Assembly (NCBI GenBank): GCA_963744145.1
Contig: CAVUSO010000001.1
Span: 3,360,001 to 3,424,000 of the forward strand
Direction of reading: 5' to 3'
Origin: an uncultured cyanobacterium
GTDB lineage: Bacteria; Cyanobacteriota; Cyanobacteriia; Cyanobacteriales; CAWUOF01
Length of the DNA: 64,000 bases
Shown: positions 10,637 through 20,189 of the stretch, piece by piece
How positions within the stretch are numbered: the stretch's first letter is position 1
Layout: the number at the start of each line of letters is the position of its first letter
Notes under the pieces: generated by a model
What the model saw: only the letters and a program-made list of their open reading frames with translations
Told to the model about the DNA's origin: nothing
Database searches by the model: none
Position numbers and translations under genes: made by a program

Positions 10637-12047
10637 ATGGTCAAAAAAAAGAAAACAGAAAAGAAGCCCCGTAGGGGGCGTATTGCAATACGCCCGTACT
10701 TAGGTGTTCAGCAAAATTTAATTAATGCTGGTTCAGAGTTAAAAGCAATTCTTGAATTTATTTGTTCAGAGTCCAATAAACTACACAATTGTGCTACCTA
10801 TTACGCTCGTCAAATCTGGTTCAAAACTCGCAGATTTGTAACGAAGTTTGAGATCGGGGCACACCTAATACAAACTAAAAATAGACATTTTTCTGCCCTA
10901 CCATCCGATGCCGCAACACAAACTTGTAATGCCGTAGGTGAGTCAATTAGTTCCTTCGCCAAATTACGAGAACTTTGGCTGAGTGGTCAACTCGAAACTA
11001 AACCCAACTTGCCCAATTATCGGAAAACAGGTGGCTATCAATTAATTGCCTATCCGAAACGATCGCTAAGGTTAATTGATGGAAAGATTAGATTTCCTTT
11101 AGGGTTGCAAATCAACGCTTGGTTTGGCATCAAAGAGTTTTTCCTACCAAAGCCAGTACGGGCGTATTGCAATACGCCCCTAGATTTTGAGTCTGTTAGA
11201 GAAGTCAGAATCCTCCCAAGAAATGGATGTTTTTATGCAGAGTTTGTCTACCCAAACTTAGTCGAAAAACCTGTTCTAGACCCAGCTAAATGCTTAGGGT
11301 TAGATCACGGTTTAAACAACTGGCTAACAGCCGTTAGTAATGTGGGCACAAGTTTTATTATTGATGGCAAACACTTAAAATCTGTTAACCAATGGTACAA
11401 CAAACAAATAGCCAAACTCAAAGCTGGTAAACCAGAGGGGTTTTGGTCTAATCGTCTGGCAGCAATGACTGAAAAACGAAACAGACAGATGAGGGATGCT
11501 ATCAACAAAGCGGCTCGGTTAGTGATAAACCATTGTTTGAATAATGGGATAGGAACTTTAGTATTTGGTTGGAATAAAGGACAAAAAGATAGCATTGAGT
11601 TAGGTAAGAAAACTAATCAGTACGGGCGTATTGCAATACGCCCCTACCAAATACCTACGGCTAGACTCAAAGCAAGACTTGAACAACTTGGTAAATTGTT
11701 CGGCATTAAGTTTGAAGAAACTGAAGAAAGCTACACAAGTAAAGCTAGTTTTTTAGACGCTGACCCCATGTACGGGCGTATTGCAATACGCCCCTACGAT
11801 GGTGAAAAACCTTTTATAATGGACAGCATCAGGAAAAAGAGTTAAACGAGGCTTGTATGTCAGTTCTAAAGGCATTCAAGTTAATGCCGATTGCAACGGT
11901 GCAGCTAATATTTTGAGAAAAGTAGCGGTGAATCTTGGGCTAGTCCTAAGTGAAATCAGTAGAGGTGTCTTGTACGCGCCTTTGAAGGGGCGTATTGCAA
12001 TACGCCCGTACAGACTCTGGACTATTCAAGAATCTCCGTGTCTTTAG
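10637..12047 (+). pseudogene. tnpB: TnpB RNA-guided nuclease, frameshifted near 11812-11819, with five REP-derived inserts
   Basis: RuvC-I LGLDHGLNN, EESYTSKAS, RuvC-III NADCNGAANI and C-terminal QESPCL. The frame shifts between GEKP and WTASGKRVKRGLY. Confidence 0.9.
10671..12011. repeat. Five copies of palindrome GTAGGGGCGTATTGCAATACGCCCGTAC (10671, 11156, 11620, 11770, 11986)
   Basis: The 20-bp perfect palindromic core GGGCGTATTGCAATACGCCC is identical in all copies. Both orientations occur. Confidence 0.95.
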
Positions 12048-12093
12048 ACCTGAGAGTATCAATGATCAACTCTTACCAATAAAAACTTACAAA

Positions 12094-12720
12094 TTGCAAC
12101 ATCATCCTTTAATTTTGGGAATTTCTGGAGCATCTGGTCTGATCTATGCTGTCCGTTCCCTGAAATTTTTATTGCAGGCAAATTATCCAATTGAGTTAGT
12201 CGCCTCGAAAGCAAGTTATTTGCTCTGGCAAAGTGAGTATGGGCTAAAAATGCCCGCCCAAATGCCTAAACAGGAGGAATTTTGGCGTCAACAAGCGGGT
12301 GTAGAAAATAGTGGTAAGCTGACCTGTCATTTTTGGCATAATGTGGGCGCTAATATTGCTAGTGGTTCCTTTCGCACACTGGGGATGATAGTGATTCCTT
12401 GCAGTATGAGTACAGTAGCTAAACTAGCAGTAGGGATGAGTTCTGATTTATTGGAACGAGCTGCTGATGTCCAACTCAAAGAAGGTCGTCCCTTGGTGAT
12501 TGTACCGCGCGAAACTCCCTTGAGTCTGATTCATCTCCGGAATTTGACTGCTTTAGCCGAAGCTGGTGCCCGAATTGTCCCAGCAATTCCTGCTTGGTAT
12601 CATCAACCCCAGACTATTGAGGATTTGGTCGATTTTGTGGTTGCTCGCGCTTTAGATCAGCTCAATATTGATTGTGTTCCCCTGCGTCGGTGGGAAGGAC
12701 TTGCTCCTGATGCTGATTAA
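12094..12720 (+). CDS. ubiX: Flavin prenyltransferase
   Basis: LILGISGASG, ANIASGS, PCSMST, RAADVQLKEGRPLVIVPRETP. Probable TTG start at 12094; the ORF-track start lies inside the IS. Confidence 0.93.
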   Translation: MQHHPLILGISGASGLIYAVRSLKFLLQANYPIELVASKASYLLWQSEYGLKMPAQMPKQEEFWRQQAGVENSGKLTCHFWHNVGANIASGSFRTLGMIVIPCSMSTVAKLAVGMSSDLLERAADVQLKEGRPLVIVPRETPLSLIHLRNLTALAEAGARIVPAIPAWYHQPQTIEDLVDFVVARALDQLNIDCVPLRRWEGLAPDAD

Positions 12721-12786
12721 TGTTTGATTCTTTTCCGGTGAGCAAACCATCAGATTTAACTACTCAAGTTGAGAAAGGAGATTCTC

Positions 12787-13476
12787 ATGTCTAGTATGCG
12801 GATTGTGTTAATCATTACAGTGGTAGCGATCGCGGTTTTTTGTGCCCAGAATTGGCAAGAATCCATCACATTAGTGTTTTTGGGGATGCAAACGGTGCCA
12901 TTACCCCTAGGATTGTTAATTTTAATTTCGATGATTGCTGGTGGATGTACTTCCTTGCTGTTCTCTGGTTTGTTCCAACTCTCCAATTATTTGTCTGCTC
13001 GTGGGCGATCGCGCTTAGAAGAACCGCTACCATCGACCCCCCGGTCCACTATTTTTTCTGGAAATCGGGGTGGGAAAACTCCTTCATCCACTCCTCGCGA
13101 TCGGTCTAGCAATGATCCTCCCCCATTTTCACCACCAAATCGAGTCCAAGTAGATTTACCTAATCATCCCCAAGATGATGATGATGATTTTGAGGAGGAG
13201 CTTGAGTCAGAACATCCTCATCGTCAATCAGCAGAATTTCATCAAGAACCTACCAACTACGAAGTTACTCAAGCACCACAAGCTAGTTCTTGGTCTGGGT
13301 CAGTTTATTCTTTTAGTTACAAACAACCCACTGATTCAGCAGTGGGCAAAACCGAGTCTGTTTATGATGCAGATTATAAGGTGATTAAACCCCCAGTTAA
13401 ACCAATTGCTGAATCTGAGGACGATTGGGAACAGAAACCGAAAAAAACTGATCATGATGACGACGATTGGATCTAA
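12787..13476 (+). CDS. LapA/DUF1049-family membrane protein with acidic tail
   Basis: Two N-terminal hydrophobic helices around QN...ITLVFLG, then a D/E-rich tail. Confidence 0.7.
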   Translation: MSSMRIVLIITVVAIAVFCAQNWQESITLVFLGMQTVPLPLGLLILISMIAGGCTSLLFSGLFQLSNYLSARGRSRLEEPLPSTPRSTIFSGNRGGKTPSSTPRDRSSNDPPPFSPPNRVQVDLPNHPQDDDDDFEEELESEHPHRQSAEFHQEPTNYEVTQAPQASSWSGSVYSFSYKQPTDSAVGKTESVYDADYKVIKPPVKPIAESEDDWEQKPKKTDHDDDDWI

Positions 13477-13591
13477 GACATTGAGCCATTTGGTGATCCA
13501 GACTGTTAGAGATGCTGCTCAATGTCAATCTTCTGATATTTACACCAATATTTAGCTCTCGGGAGATTTTCCTATATTAATCCTCGGATTT

Positions 13592-13846
13592 TTATTCAGC
13601 CGGGAAATTGTTGGTCGCTTCGTTTAGCAGAGCCCGCATATGTTCAGCTGCCACTCGAATATGCTGAATATATTCTCCTTGTTCCTCATCTTCTGCACTT
13701 TCTGAGTTAATAGCTTCGAGAAACTCAACCGATAGCAAAATCGTATTGAGACAAGTCCGAAATTCGTAGGACATTAAGTTATAAAAATGAGCTTTAAGTT
13801 TGGTAGATTCTTGTTCTTGTGTCATCTGGGCTTGCATGGAAATCAC
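13592..13846 (-). CDS. Stand-alone HisKA-like dimerisation domain protein (H-box His replaced by Tyr)
   Basis: LKAHFYNLMSYEFRTCLNTI resembles the H-box consensus KSxFxxxMSHEFRTPL. Confidence 0.65.
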   Translation of the reverse strand: MISMQAQMTQEQESTKLKAHFYNLMSYEFRTCLNTILLSVEFLEAINSESAEDEEQGEYIQHIRVAAEHMRALLNEATNNFPAE

Positions 13847-14095
13847 TCAACTCGCTGATCCCAATATCCATTATTTTTGATGGGAAAGCAATGATTTCAA
13901 ACTGGCTGACAGGTGATGCTTATCTGTGATCTGATTGATGGAAAACTCTGAATTTATGTGACTGAGCGATCCCGATCAGGTGATTTTCAGCTCGGAGCTG
14001 GGATGACACAATCGAGTCCGGTAAGTGATCCAGATCATCGATTTTGGCCAATCAAAGTGGCAGACCGAAGTCTGCCCAACTACATTACTATTGTA

Positions 14096-14791
14096 TTAGT
14101 CCGATCTGCGGATTGCTTCTAAGATCCGAGAGAAATAAAACTTAGTGCTGGTCATTGCTTGACGCTGAACTGAAAAACCATTATTTTCCAGAATCTTCAC
14201 GATCTCAGCTTCGCGGTGCTGGTAAGCACGAGTGGTTTTACTTGGTCCTGGAAACAACTCACCAATTTTCTTGAGTATGCTTAAAGCGAAAGTTTTTGGT
14301 GCAAAGCTTAAAATCAAACGAGATTGGGATCGGGAACTAAGATGACTAATCATCTGGGCCATTTGCTGGTCTGGATAGTGGATCAGGACATCTAAACAAA
14401 TAACTGTATGATAACGACCACTCAAAGCTTCTAAATCCTGTGCCATGAAAGTCAGGTTATAATTAAACTTGCCTAAATTTGTCTGGGATCTAAGGTAAGC
14501 TTCTGCTACCATTTTCTCGGAAATATCACTACCGTAGACGATCGCCCCTAATTCTGCTAAAGGAATACTCAGACTACCCACTCCACACCCTGCATCACAA
14601 ATAGTCAGTCCCGGTAAATTTCCATCCGCGGTTAACCATCTGACCACTGTATCCACTGTCTGCTGATGTCCTTTGCGGATATCTCGTTGGACTTTACTTA
14701 CCTCTCCATCACCATAAATTCGTCGCCAACGCTCGAACCCCGTGGCGTTAAAGTAATCTTTGACAATGGTTTTATCGTCGAATCCGTTCAT
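14096..14791 (-). CDS. chlM: Mg-protoporphyrin IX methyltransferase
   Basis: YFNATGFERWRRIYG, CDAGCGVGSL, CLDVLIHYP, FPGPSKTTRAY. Confidence 0.96.
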   Translation of the reverse strand: MNGFDDKTIVKDYFNATGFERWRRIYGDGEVSKVQRDIRKGHQQTVDTVVRWLTADGNLPGLTICDAGCGVGSLSIPLAELGAIVYGSDISEKMVAEAYLRSQTNLGKFNYNLTFMAQDLEALSGRYHTVICLDVLIHYPDQQMAQMISHLSSRSQSRLILSFAPKTFALSILKKIGELFPGPSKTTRAYQHREAEIVKILENNGFSVQRQAMTSTKFYFSRILEAIRRSD

Positions 14792-14960
14792 TAATTTCTC
14801 TCAATTTCCAATTCCCGATATTTTCATCATATTCCCTAACTGTCTGTTCTTGTTGTCACTAATGCTCAGATATTAAAAAAAAAGATCGGTATGTCAATTA
14901 CGATTAAGTTGTGATATATAATTCAGAAAGAAAAAAAATTCATCCTAGCAGGAAAAACTC

Positions 14961-15293
14961 ATGTCTGAATTTCACGATTTTTTGAAGTATCAATTTGCAT
15001 ACGTTGCAATTGGCGAATTTAAGGAAGGTAAATTTTCGGATGCAGAAAAACTTTTTGAAAAAGCTGTATCAACTTTTACCCAAGGTTTTAAAAGGGCTTA
15101 TCTACTGCAAGAACCAGGAACAGACAAAGGAATTGCCATAATTATATGGGATAGTAAAGAAGATATGGAAGCTAATAAAAGCGAAATGTATGACGCAATC
15201 TTAAAGGAAATGAATCCCTTATTTCTGAAGGCACCCGTGATCAATTGTTACGAAATCTTGAATGAAATTAGACCAAAAATTGGAGTAGAATAG
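14961..15293 (+). CDS. Antibiotic-biosynthesis monooxygenase (ABM)-like protein
   Basis: 110 aa with a GFKRAYLL...IIWDSKED pattern. Confidence 0.65.
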   Translation: MSEFHDFLKYQFAYVAIGEFKEGKFSDAEKLFEKAVSTFTQGFKRAYLLQEPGTDKGIAIIIWDSKEDMEANKSEMYDAILKEMNPLFLKAPVINCYEILNEIRPKIGVE

Positions 15294-15339
15294 TTTTGAT
15301 CTTAGTCGTCTAAGATCAAAGCATGAATTAGGAGCATAA

Positions 15340-16593
15340 TTAGCTAATTAGTGGGCAAGAAAATAATCTTTGCCAGTTGAGAGTTCGTGGGGATGACTTT
15401 AACTCCCAACGTAATAGTTGTGTAGCTGGTTGTCCCTTCGAGAGCCCAGGAAGACCGATGGCTCGTCTTGGTACTTCTGTCCCAAGCGCGATCGCTCTTC
15501 CTACTTCACAAATTCCCCATTTGACTAAATTCTGTATCCCCATTAATAGTGGTAAGGCTGTCCCAGCTAAGATCCCATTTTGTAACTTGGTATGATAGTC
15601 TAGTCTAATCCACGCTGTGCCGTCTTTCACTTCAATCTGTCGGGTGTCCCAAGGATAGGTCCCATCAGGTAGTCCTAAAGGTGCCAGTGCATCACTGACG
15701 AGAAAGACTCCTTGCTGATCCGAACTAGCACGTAAGAGTAAATTAATCATCATGGGATTAACGTGCTGTCCATCGGCAATTAAGCCACATTGCACTCCGG
15801 GATTGAGCATTGCTGCTGCTAATAAACCTGGTTCACGATGATGTAATGGGGGCATCGCATTAAAAGCATGGGTTACCATCGTCGCACCCAGATCAAATGC
15901 TTGCTGTGCTTGCAATTCGGTCGCCAGAGAATGTCCTAAACTAACAATAATTCCCTGCGATCGCAAATAAGGAATTACTTCTGAGTGGGGAGCTAACTCT
16001 GGTGCTAAGGTAATAATTTTAATAATCTTGAGATAATCTCCACAAACTCGCTTGACATTTTCTAGCGTCAGTGGTAAAAGATATCTTTCTGGATGAGCGC
16101 CACGTTTATCAAAATTAATAAAAGGACCTTCAAGATGAACTCCCAGAATATTTGCGGTTGGGGTTGGTTGGAGTCGGTGAGCTGAAGTATGGATAAAATT
16201 AGCGAGGATACTGAGGGATCGGTGAATATTCTCGACAGAAGTTGTGACCAAAGTTGGCAAAAATCCATCCACTCCTTGGTTCCATAACAATTGACAGATT
16301 TCCTGTAACCGAGAAAAATTGGCGGAATTGAGATCTGTAAAAGCTAGACCCAAGGCTCCATTAATTTGTAAATCAACACCACCTAAAGAAATCCAGTCTC
16401 CTTCCACATCGATCACCTCAACATCGGTGGAGACTAACTGAGTTATGGGCTCAATAGCTTGAATTATGCCCTGACAAATCAAAATCTGGTGTAAACCTGG
16501 CACAGTAGGTAAGCGAGCGTTGATAATATTTAGCGGTGCAGTTGGAGTGGGAATACTTGGCTCTGTCATCATTTTTAATTTTTCTGTCAACAT
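15340..16593 (-). CDS. nagA: N-acetylglucosamine-6-phosphate deacetylase
   Basis: DLQINGA, GVHLEGPF, RGAHP, TLAPE, THAFNAM, IADGQHV. Confidence 0.95.
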   Translation of the reverse strand: MLTEKLKMMTEPSIPTPTAPLNIINARLPTVPGLHQILICQGIIQAIEPITQLVSTDVEVIDVEGDWISLGGVDLQINGALGLAFTDLNSANFSRLQEICQLLWNQGVDGFLPTLVTTSVENIHRSLSILANFIHTSAHRLQPTPTANILGVHLEGPFINFDKRGAHPERYLLPLTLENVKRVCGDYLKIIKIITLAPELAPHSEVIPYLRSQGIIVSLGHSLATELQAQQAFDLGATMVTHAFNAMPPLHHREPGLLAAAMLNPGVQCGLIADGQHVNPMMINLLLRASSDQQGVFLVSDALAPLGLPDGTYPWDTRQIEVKDGTAWIRLDYHTKLQNGILAGTALPLLMGIQNLVKWGICEVGRAIALGTEVPRRAIGLPGLSKGQPATQLLRWELKSSPRTLNWQRLFSCPLIS

Positions 16594-16654
16594 GAATATT
16601 GTGGATGAAGATCACCTAAAATTTAAAGTCTGCCTTGATAATTAATTACTACAG

Positions 16655-17170
16655 ATGGTTCAAGCATTAATTGGTATTATTATGGGAAGCGATTCCGATT
16701 TGCCAACCATGAAAGAAGCGATCGCGGTAGCTGAAAATTTTCAGGTACCTTGGGAAGTTGCCATTGTTTCTGCCCATCGAACTCCTCAACGCATGGTAGA
16801 ATATGCTGAACAAGCTTGTGAGCGGGGCTTAAAAGTAATTATTGCTGGAGCTGGAGGTGCAGCACATTTACCAGGGATGGTAGCTGCTTTGACGCCTTTA
16901 CCAGTGATTGGAGTTCCCGTACCTAGTCGTTATTTACAAGGAATGGATTCTCTCTATTCCATTGTCCAAATGCCCGCAGGTATCCCAGTTGCGACTGTGG
17001 CGATCGGTAATGCTCAGAATGCTGGTTTACTAGCGATCCAAATCTTAGCAACTTATCGGCCAGAATTATTGGAGCGCGTACAGCAATATCGACGGGATTT
17101 AGCCCAATCTGTGCTTGATAAACAAACCCGTCTGGAAAACTTAGGTTATCAAGACTACCATCAGATTTAA
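16655..17170 (+). CDS. purE: N5-carboxyaminoimidazole ribonucleotide mutase
   Basis: [40 protein letters not shown]. Confidence 0.97.
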   Translation: MVQALIGIIMGSDSDLPTMKEAIAVAENFQVPWEVAIVSAHRTPQRMVEYAEQACERGLKVIIAGAGGAAHLPGMVAALTPLPVIGVPVPSRYLQGMDSLYSIVQMPAGIPVATVAIGNAQNAGLLAIQILATYRPELLERVQQYRRDLAQSVLDKQTRLENLGYQDYHQI

Positions 17171-17574
17171 CAATGGGGACTCTTATTCCAGATCCTTTCT
17201 AACATTTCAATTTGTTCTTGGAGACTAGCTGTTTGTGGATAGCGATTTTTTTTGGCTCGCGATCGACTGAACATATAGCCCATCACTGTGGCACCAATCA
17301 CAATGGTGATCAAAATTTGATTAATCTGTCCGAGCTGGTTTTCTTGACTAGGTTGGATATTGCTCTGAGGTAGTTTTTGGGGTAGTAATAATTGCGGTTG
17401 AGTACATTGTTTACTATTAGCATTATTATTGCTGCTTAATTCATTTACCCAATTCTGCGCTTCCAGGGAATTGCTTTGGTTTTCTACATTAGTAGCGATC
17501 GCGGGTGTTCCGATGGATAACAATCCTACCGTTGCCAAGCAAACATTTAAACAATTTAGCAGTTTGATTTTCAT
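17167..17574 (-). CDS. Hypothetical exported/membrane protein
   Basis: Signal-peptide-like N-terminus and one C-terminal TM helix followed by basic residues. Confidence 0.6.
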   Translation of the reverse strand: MKIKLLNCLNVCLATVGLLSIGTPAIATNVENQSNSLEAQNWVNELSSNNNANSKQCTQPQLLLPQKLPQSNIQPSQENQLGQINQILITIVIGATVMGYMFSRSRAKKNRYPQTASLQEQIEMLERIWNKSPHC

Positions 17575-18086
17575 AGTTAATTGAGTAGATGATAATTATT
17601 TGGCGTAATTAATAAGAGCCTTTAAACGGTGATATTTGGAAAACCAATCACTTATTTTTGAGTAAATCACATATGTTTTCCTGACCAAAATTTTCTAGAT
17701 TTTCTTAATATTAAATTTTCAGTATAACCAGTTAAGGCGGGACATGATTGCTAGGTAAGGATTGGACTATGCTCATCCAGGTGTTTTGACTTACTGGTTT
17801 TACGGTTTTTGTGAATACTCCTATTGGTAAATTGGCATATATATTTTACTACATTAATGATAAATATAATTTTCAGGTTTGTCAAGCCAGTCAATCATTT
17901 GCTGATCGCTGACCAAAATTTGCTTGGGCGATCGCCGGACTAAACTTAACAAAAATAAACAAATATTTATATAGCTTTACATTTGGGGAAATTTTTTTGG
18001 TTGAGCAGAAACTAATAACAAATTTATCGGTGATAATTTGATATTTTTGACAGTTGCTAAAATGCCAATTTTTGAATTTCGAGAAC

Positions 18087-18125
18087 CTTTAAGCATCTTT
18101 AAGCATCTTTAAGCATCTTTAAGCA
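18087..18125. repeat. 10-bp tandem repeat (CTTTAAGCAT) x about 4
   Basis: Read directly from the intergenic region upstream of amt. Confidence 0.9.
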
Positions 18126-18256
18126 AAATTTAGAATTGTGTAAAAAGTGAACAATAAGGTTAGCAAACCACTTCAGTAAAGCGACCTGAACTTGATCAAC
18201 AAAAATCAATTTATTAGGGGTGAGGGGTTTCACCCCCTATAGTTTAAATGGGTTTA

Positions 18257-18272
18257 TGTAACTTCTGATACA
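18257..18272 (+). promoter_or_regulatory. NtcA binding site upstream of amt
   Basis: TGTA-ACTTCTGA-TACA fits GTA-N8-TAC, with a -10-like TGCAAT 23 nt downstream. amt genes are established NtcA targets. Confidence 0.85.
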
Positions 18273-18334
18273 GAATTACCTTGAATAGAATTGCTGCAAT
18301 TCAATGTCACATATGTAAAAATTTGTATGCAACG

Positions 18335-19921
18335 ATGGAAGAACAAAAACGATTGTTGAAAAAAATTCTGATGACCGGGGTCCTGGCACTATGGCTAGTA
18401 GTATGCCCACTGATGGGTCAAGCGATGGCTCAAGACCAACCGGCGACAGCGACTCCCAGTCCCGCAGTAGTTAGCCCTTCACCGACAGGAGCAACACCAA
18501 CACCAGGAGCTTTACCTAATGCTCCGATCGTACCAACACCAGGAGCAACAGCGACACCAGGAGCAGCACCAGCAGCAGGAGAAACCCCTGCGGCACCACC
18601 AGGAACACCAGCACCTCCCAAAATCGATACAGGTGATACAGCTTGGATGCTAGTTTCCTCAGCCCTGGTGCTATTAATGACCCCTGGTCTGGCATTTTTC
18701 TACGGAGGACTGGTGCGATCGCGCAATGTGCTCAACACCATGATGATGAGTTTAATCCTCATGGCCTTAGTAGGAGTTACTTGGGTACTATGGGGTTATA
18801 GCCTATCCTTTGCAGTTACAGTTCCAGCGAACCCCCCTGATTCGTGGTTTGGGGAAGGAATAGAAAAATTCATAGGTAACTTGAACTGGATATTTTTAAA
18901 CAGCGTAACTGCGGATAAACCAGATATTGTGGGTTACGCACCGACGATTCCTCATCAGGTTTACATGGTCTACCAGATGATGTTTGCGATCATCACCCCA
19001 GCGTTAATTTCCGGGGCGATCGTCGAGCGGGTCAGCTTTAAAGCATATTTCTGGTTTATCATTCTTTGGTCTACCTTTATCTACTGCCCCTTAGCCCACT
19101 GGGTTTGGGGTAAAGGTTGGCTGAACGCGATGGGAGCTTTGGACTTTGCGGGTGGAACCGTTGTGCATATTAGTTCCGGTGTTTCTGCGTTAGTCGCCGC
19201 TTGGGTAATTGGTTCGCGGAAAAGCTTTATGGTCAAACCCGCAGCACCCCATAACGTGCCCTATGTTTTACTAGGAATCGGACTACTGTGGTTTGGTTGG
19301 TTCGGGTTTAATGGTGGTAGTGCTTTAGCATCAGGTGCTTTAGCGACCGTTGCTTTTGTGGCGACAATGATTGCTACTGCTTCGGCTGGTTTAACCTGGG
19401 TAATTATTGAATGGGTACTCAGAGGTAAACCAACCGCAGTTGGGATCGCGAGCGGATTTCTGGCTGGATTAGTTGGTATTACTCCAGCCGCAGGTTTTGT
19501 CAATCCGATTGGGGCAATTCTGGTAGGTTCTCTGACCTCTGTTGCTTGCTTCTTTGCCGTTAGTATCAGAGCCAAATTACAGTTTGATGACTCGCTTGAT
19601 ACCTACCCGGTTCACGGTGTTGGTGGTACAGTCGGGGCAATCCTTACAGGTGTTTTTGCCACCAAAGCAGTTAATAGCGCTGGTGCTGATGGTTTGATTG
19701 CTGGTAATCCTGGTCAAGTAGGTATCCAACTAGCTGGTGTGGTAGCAACCTATATCATTGCTGCAATTGGCACTTTTATTATCCTTAAGGTCTTAGCAGC
19801 ATTTATGGATTTGCGTGTCAAATCTGAGGCTGAAGACCAAGGGTTAGATATCAATGAGCATGGTGAAGAAGGTTATGGTGAAGAATTTACTTCGGGTTTC
19901 AGTTTTTCTAAGGAATCATAA
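18335..19921 (+). CDS. amt: Ammonium transporter
   Basis: DTAWMLVSSALVLLMTPGLAFFYGG, DFAGGTVVH, WFGWFGFNGGS, DDSLDTYPVHG. Signal peptide plus P/A/T-rich linker. ATG 18335. Confidence 0.96.
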   Translation: MEEQKRLLKKILMTGVLALWLVVCPLMGQAMAQDQPATATPSPAVVSPSPTGATPTPGALPNAPIVPTPGATATPGAAPAAGETPAAPPGTPAPPKIDTGDTAWMLVSSALVLLMTPGLAFFYGGLVRSRNVLNTMMMSLILMALVGVTWVLWGYSLSFAVTVPANPPDSWFGEGIEKFIGNLNWIFLNSVTADKPDIVGYAPTIPHQVYMVYQMMFAIITPALISGAIVERVSFKAYFWFIILWSTFIYCPLAHWVWGKGWLNAMGALDFAGGTVVHISSGVSALVAAWVIGSRKSFMVKPAAPHNVPYVLLGIGLLWFGWFGFNGGSALASGALATVAFVATMIATASAGLTWVIIEWVLRGKPTAVGIASGFLAGLVGITPAAGFVNPIGAILVGSLTSVACFFAVSIRAKLQFDDSLDTYPVHGVGGTVGAILTGVFATKAVNSAGADGLIAGNPGQVGIQLAGVVATYIIAAIGTFIILKVLAAFMDLRVKSEAEDQGLDINEHGEEGYGEEFTSGFSFSKES

Positions 19922-19971
19922 TTCCTCAATTTTCCTGTGAAAAACTGTACTTAAGATCAAATTCAACTTAG

Positions 19972-20007
19972 TCCACTGATTAGTTAGCTGATCAGTGGAT
20001 TTCTTTT
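19972..20007 (+). terminator. Rho-independent terminator after amt
   Basis: tccactgattag-ttag-ctgatcagtgga followed by tttctttt. Confidence 0.7.
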
Positions 20008-20189
20008 GGAGGAGAACGAACAGCAATTTAAGCAATTATTTTTCTGCTCAGAGTTAATGATTATTTATCCAGCGGTTAAGATTGGCTTGCTCGCATTTAT
20101 TTCAACAGAGTAACATTAAATCCCCAGAAGTATAGTTTTATTAATTGAGTATGACAGTAGCTCTTGAACAAGCCCATCTAATCAACTAG

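Larger units (their letters stand above)
10441..12062 (+). mobile_element. IS200/IS605-family element, tnpB only (IS1341-like)
   Basis: Right end GAAT-ctccgtgtctttagacctgagag-ta-TCAA (12062). Left-end hairpin ctcaggt-tctttag-acc...ctgag preceded by GAAG. Predicted target TCAC at 10437-10440. No tnpA. Confidence 0.85.

Noticed and set aside
10671..12011. CRISPR-like array associated with a Cas12-like gene
   Set aside because: Copies are about 150-490 bp apart, in mixed orientation, and lie inside the coding sequence.
11995..12093. N-terminal extension of UbiX in the ORF track
   Set aside because: It begins inside the REP copy and the IS right end; UbiX similarity starts near 12094.
13847..14095. 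Possible structured ncRNA between the HisKA-like gene and chlM
   Set aside because: Only a short terminator-like hairpin (about 14060-14077) is visible; no family motif recognised.
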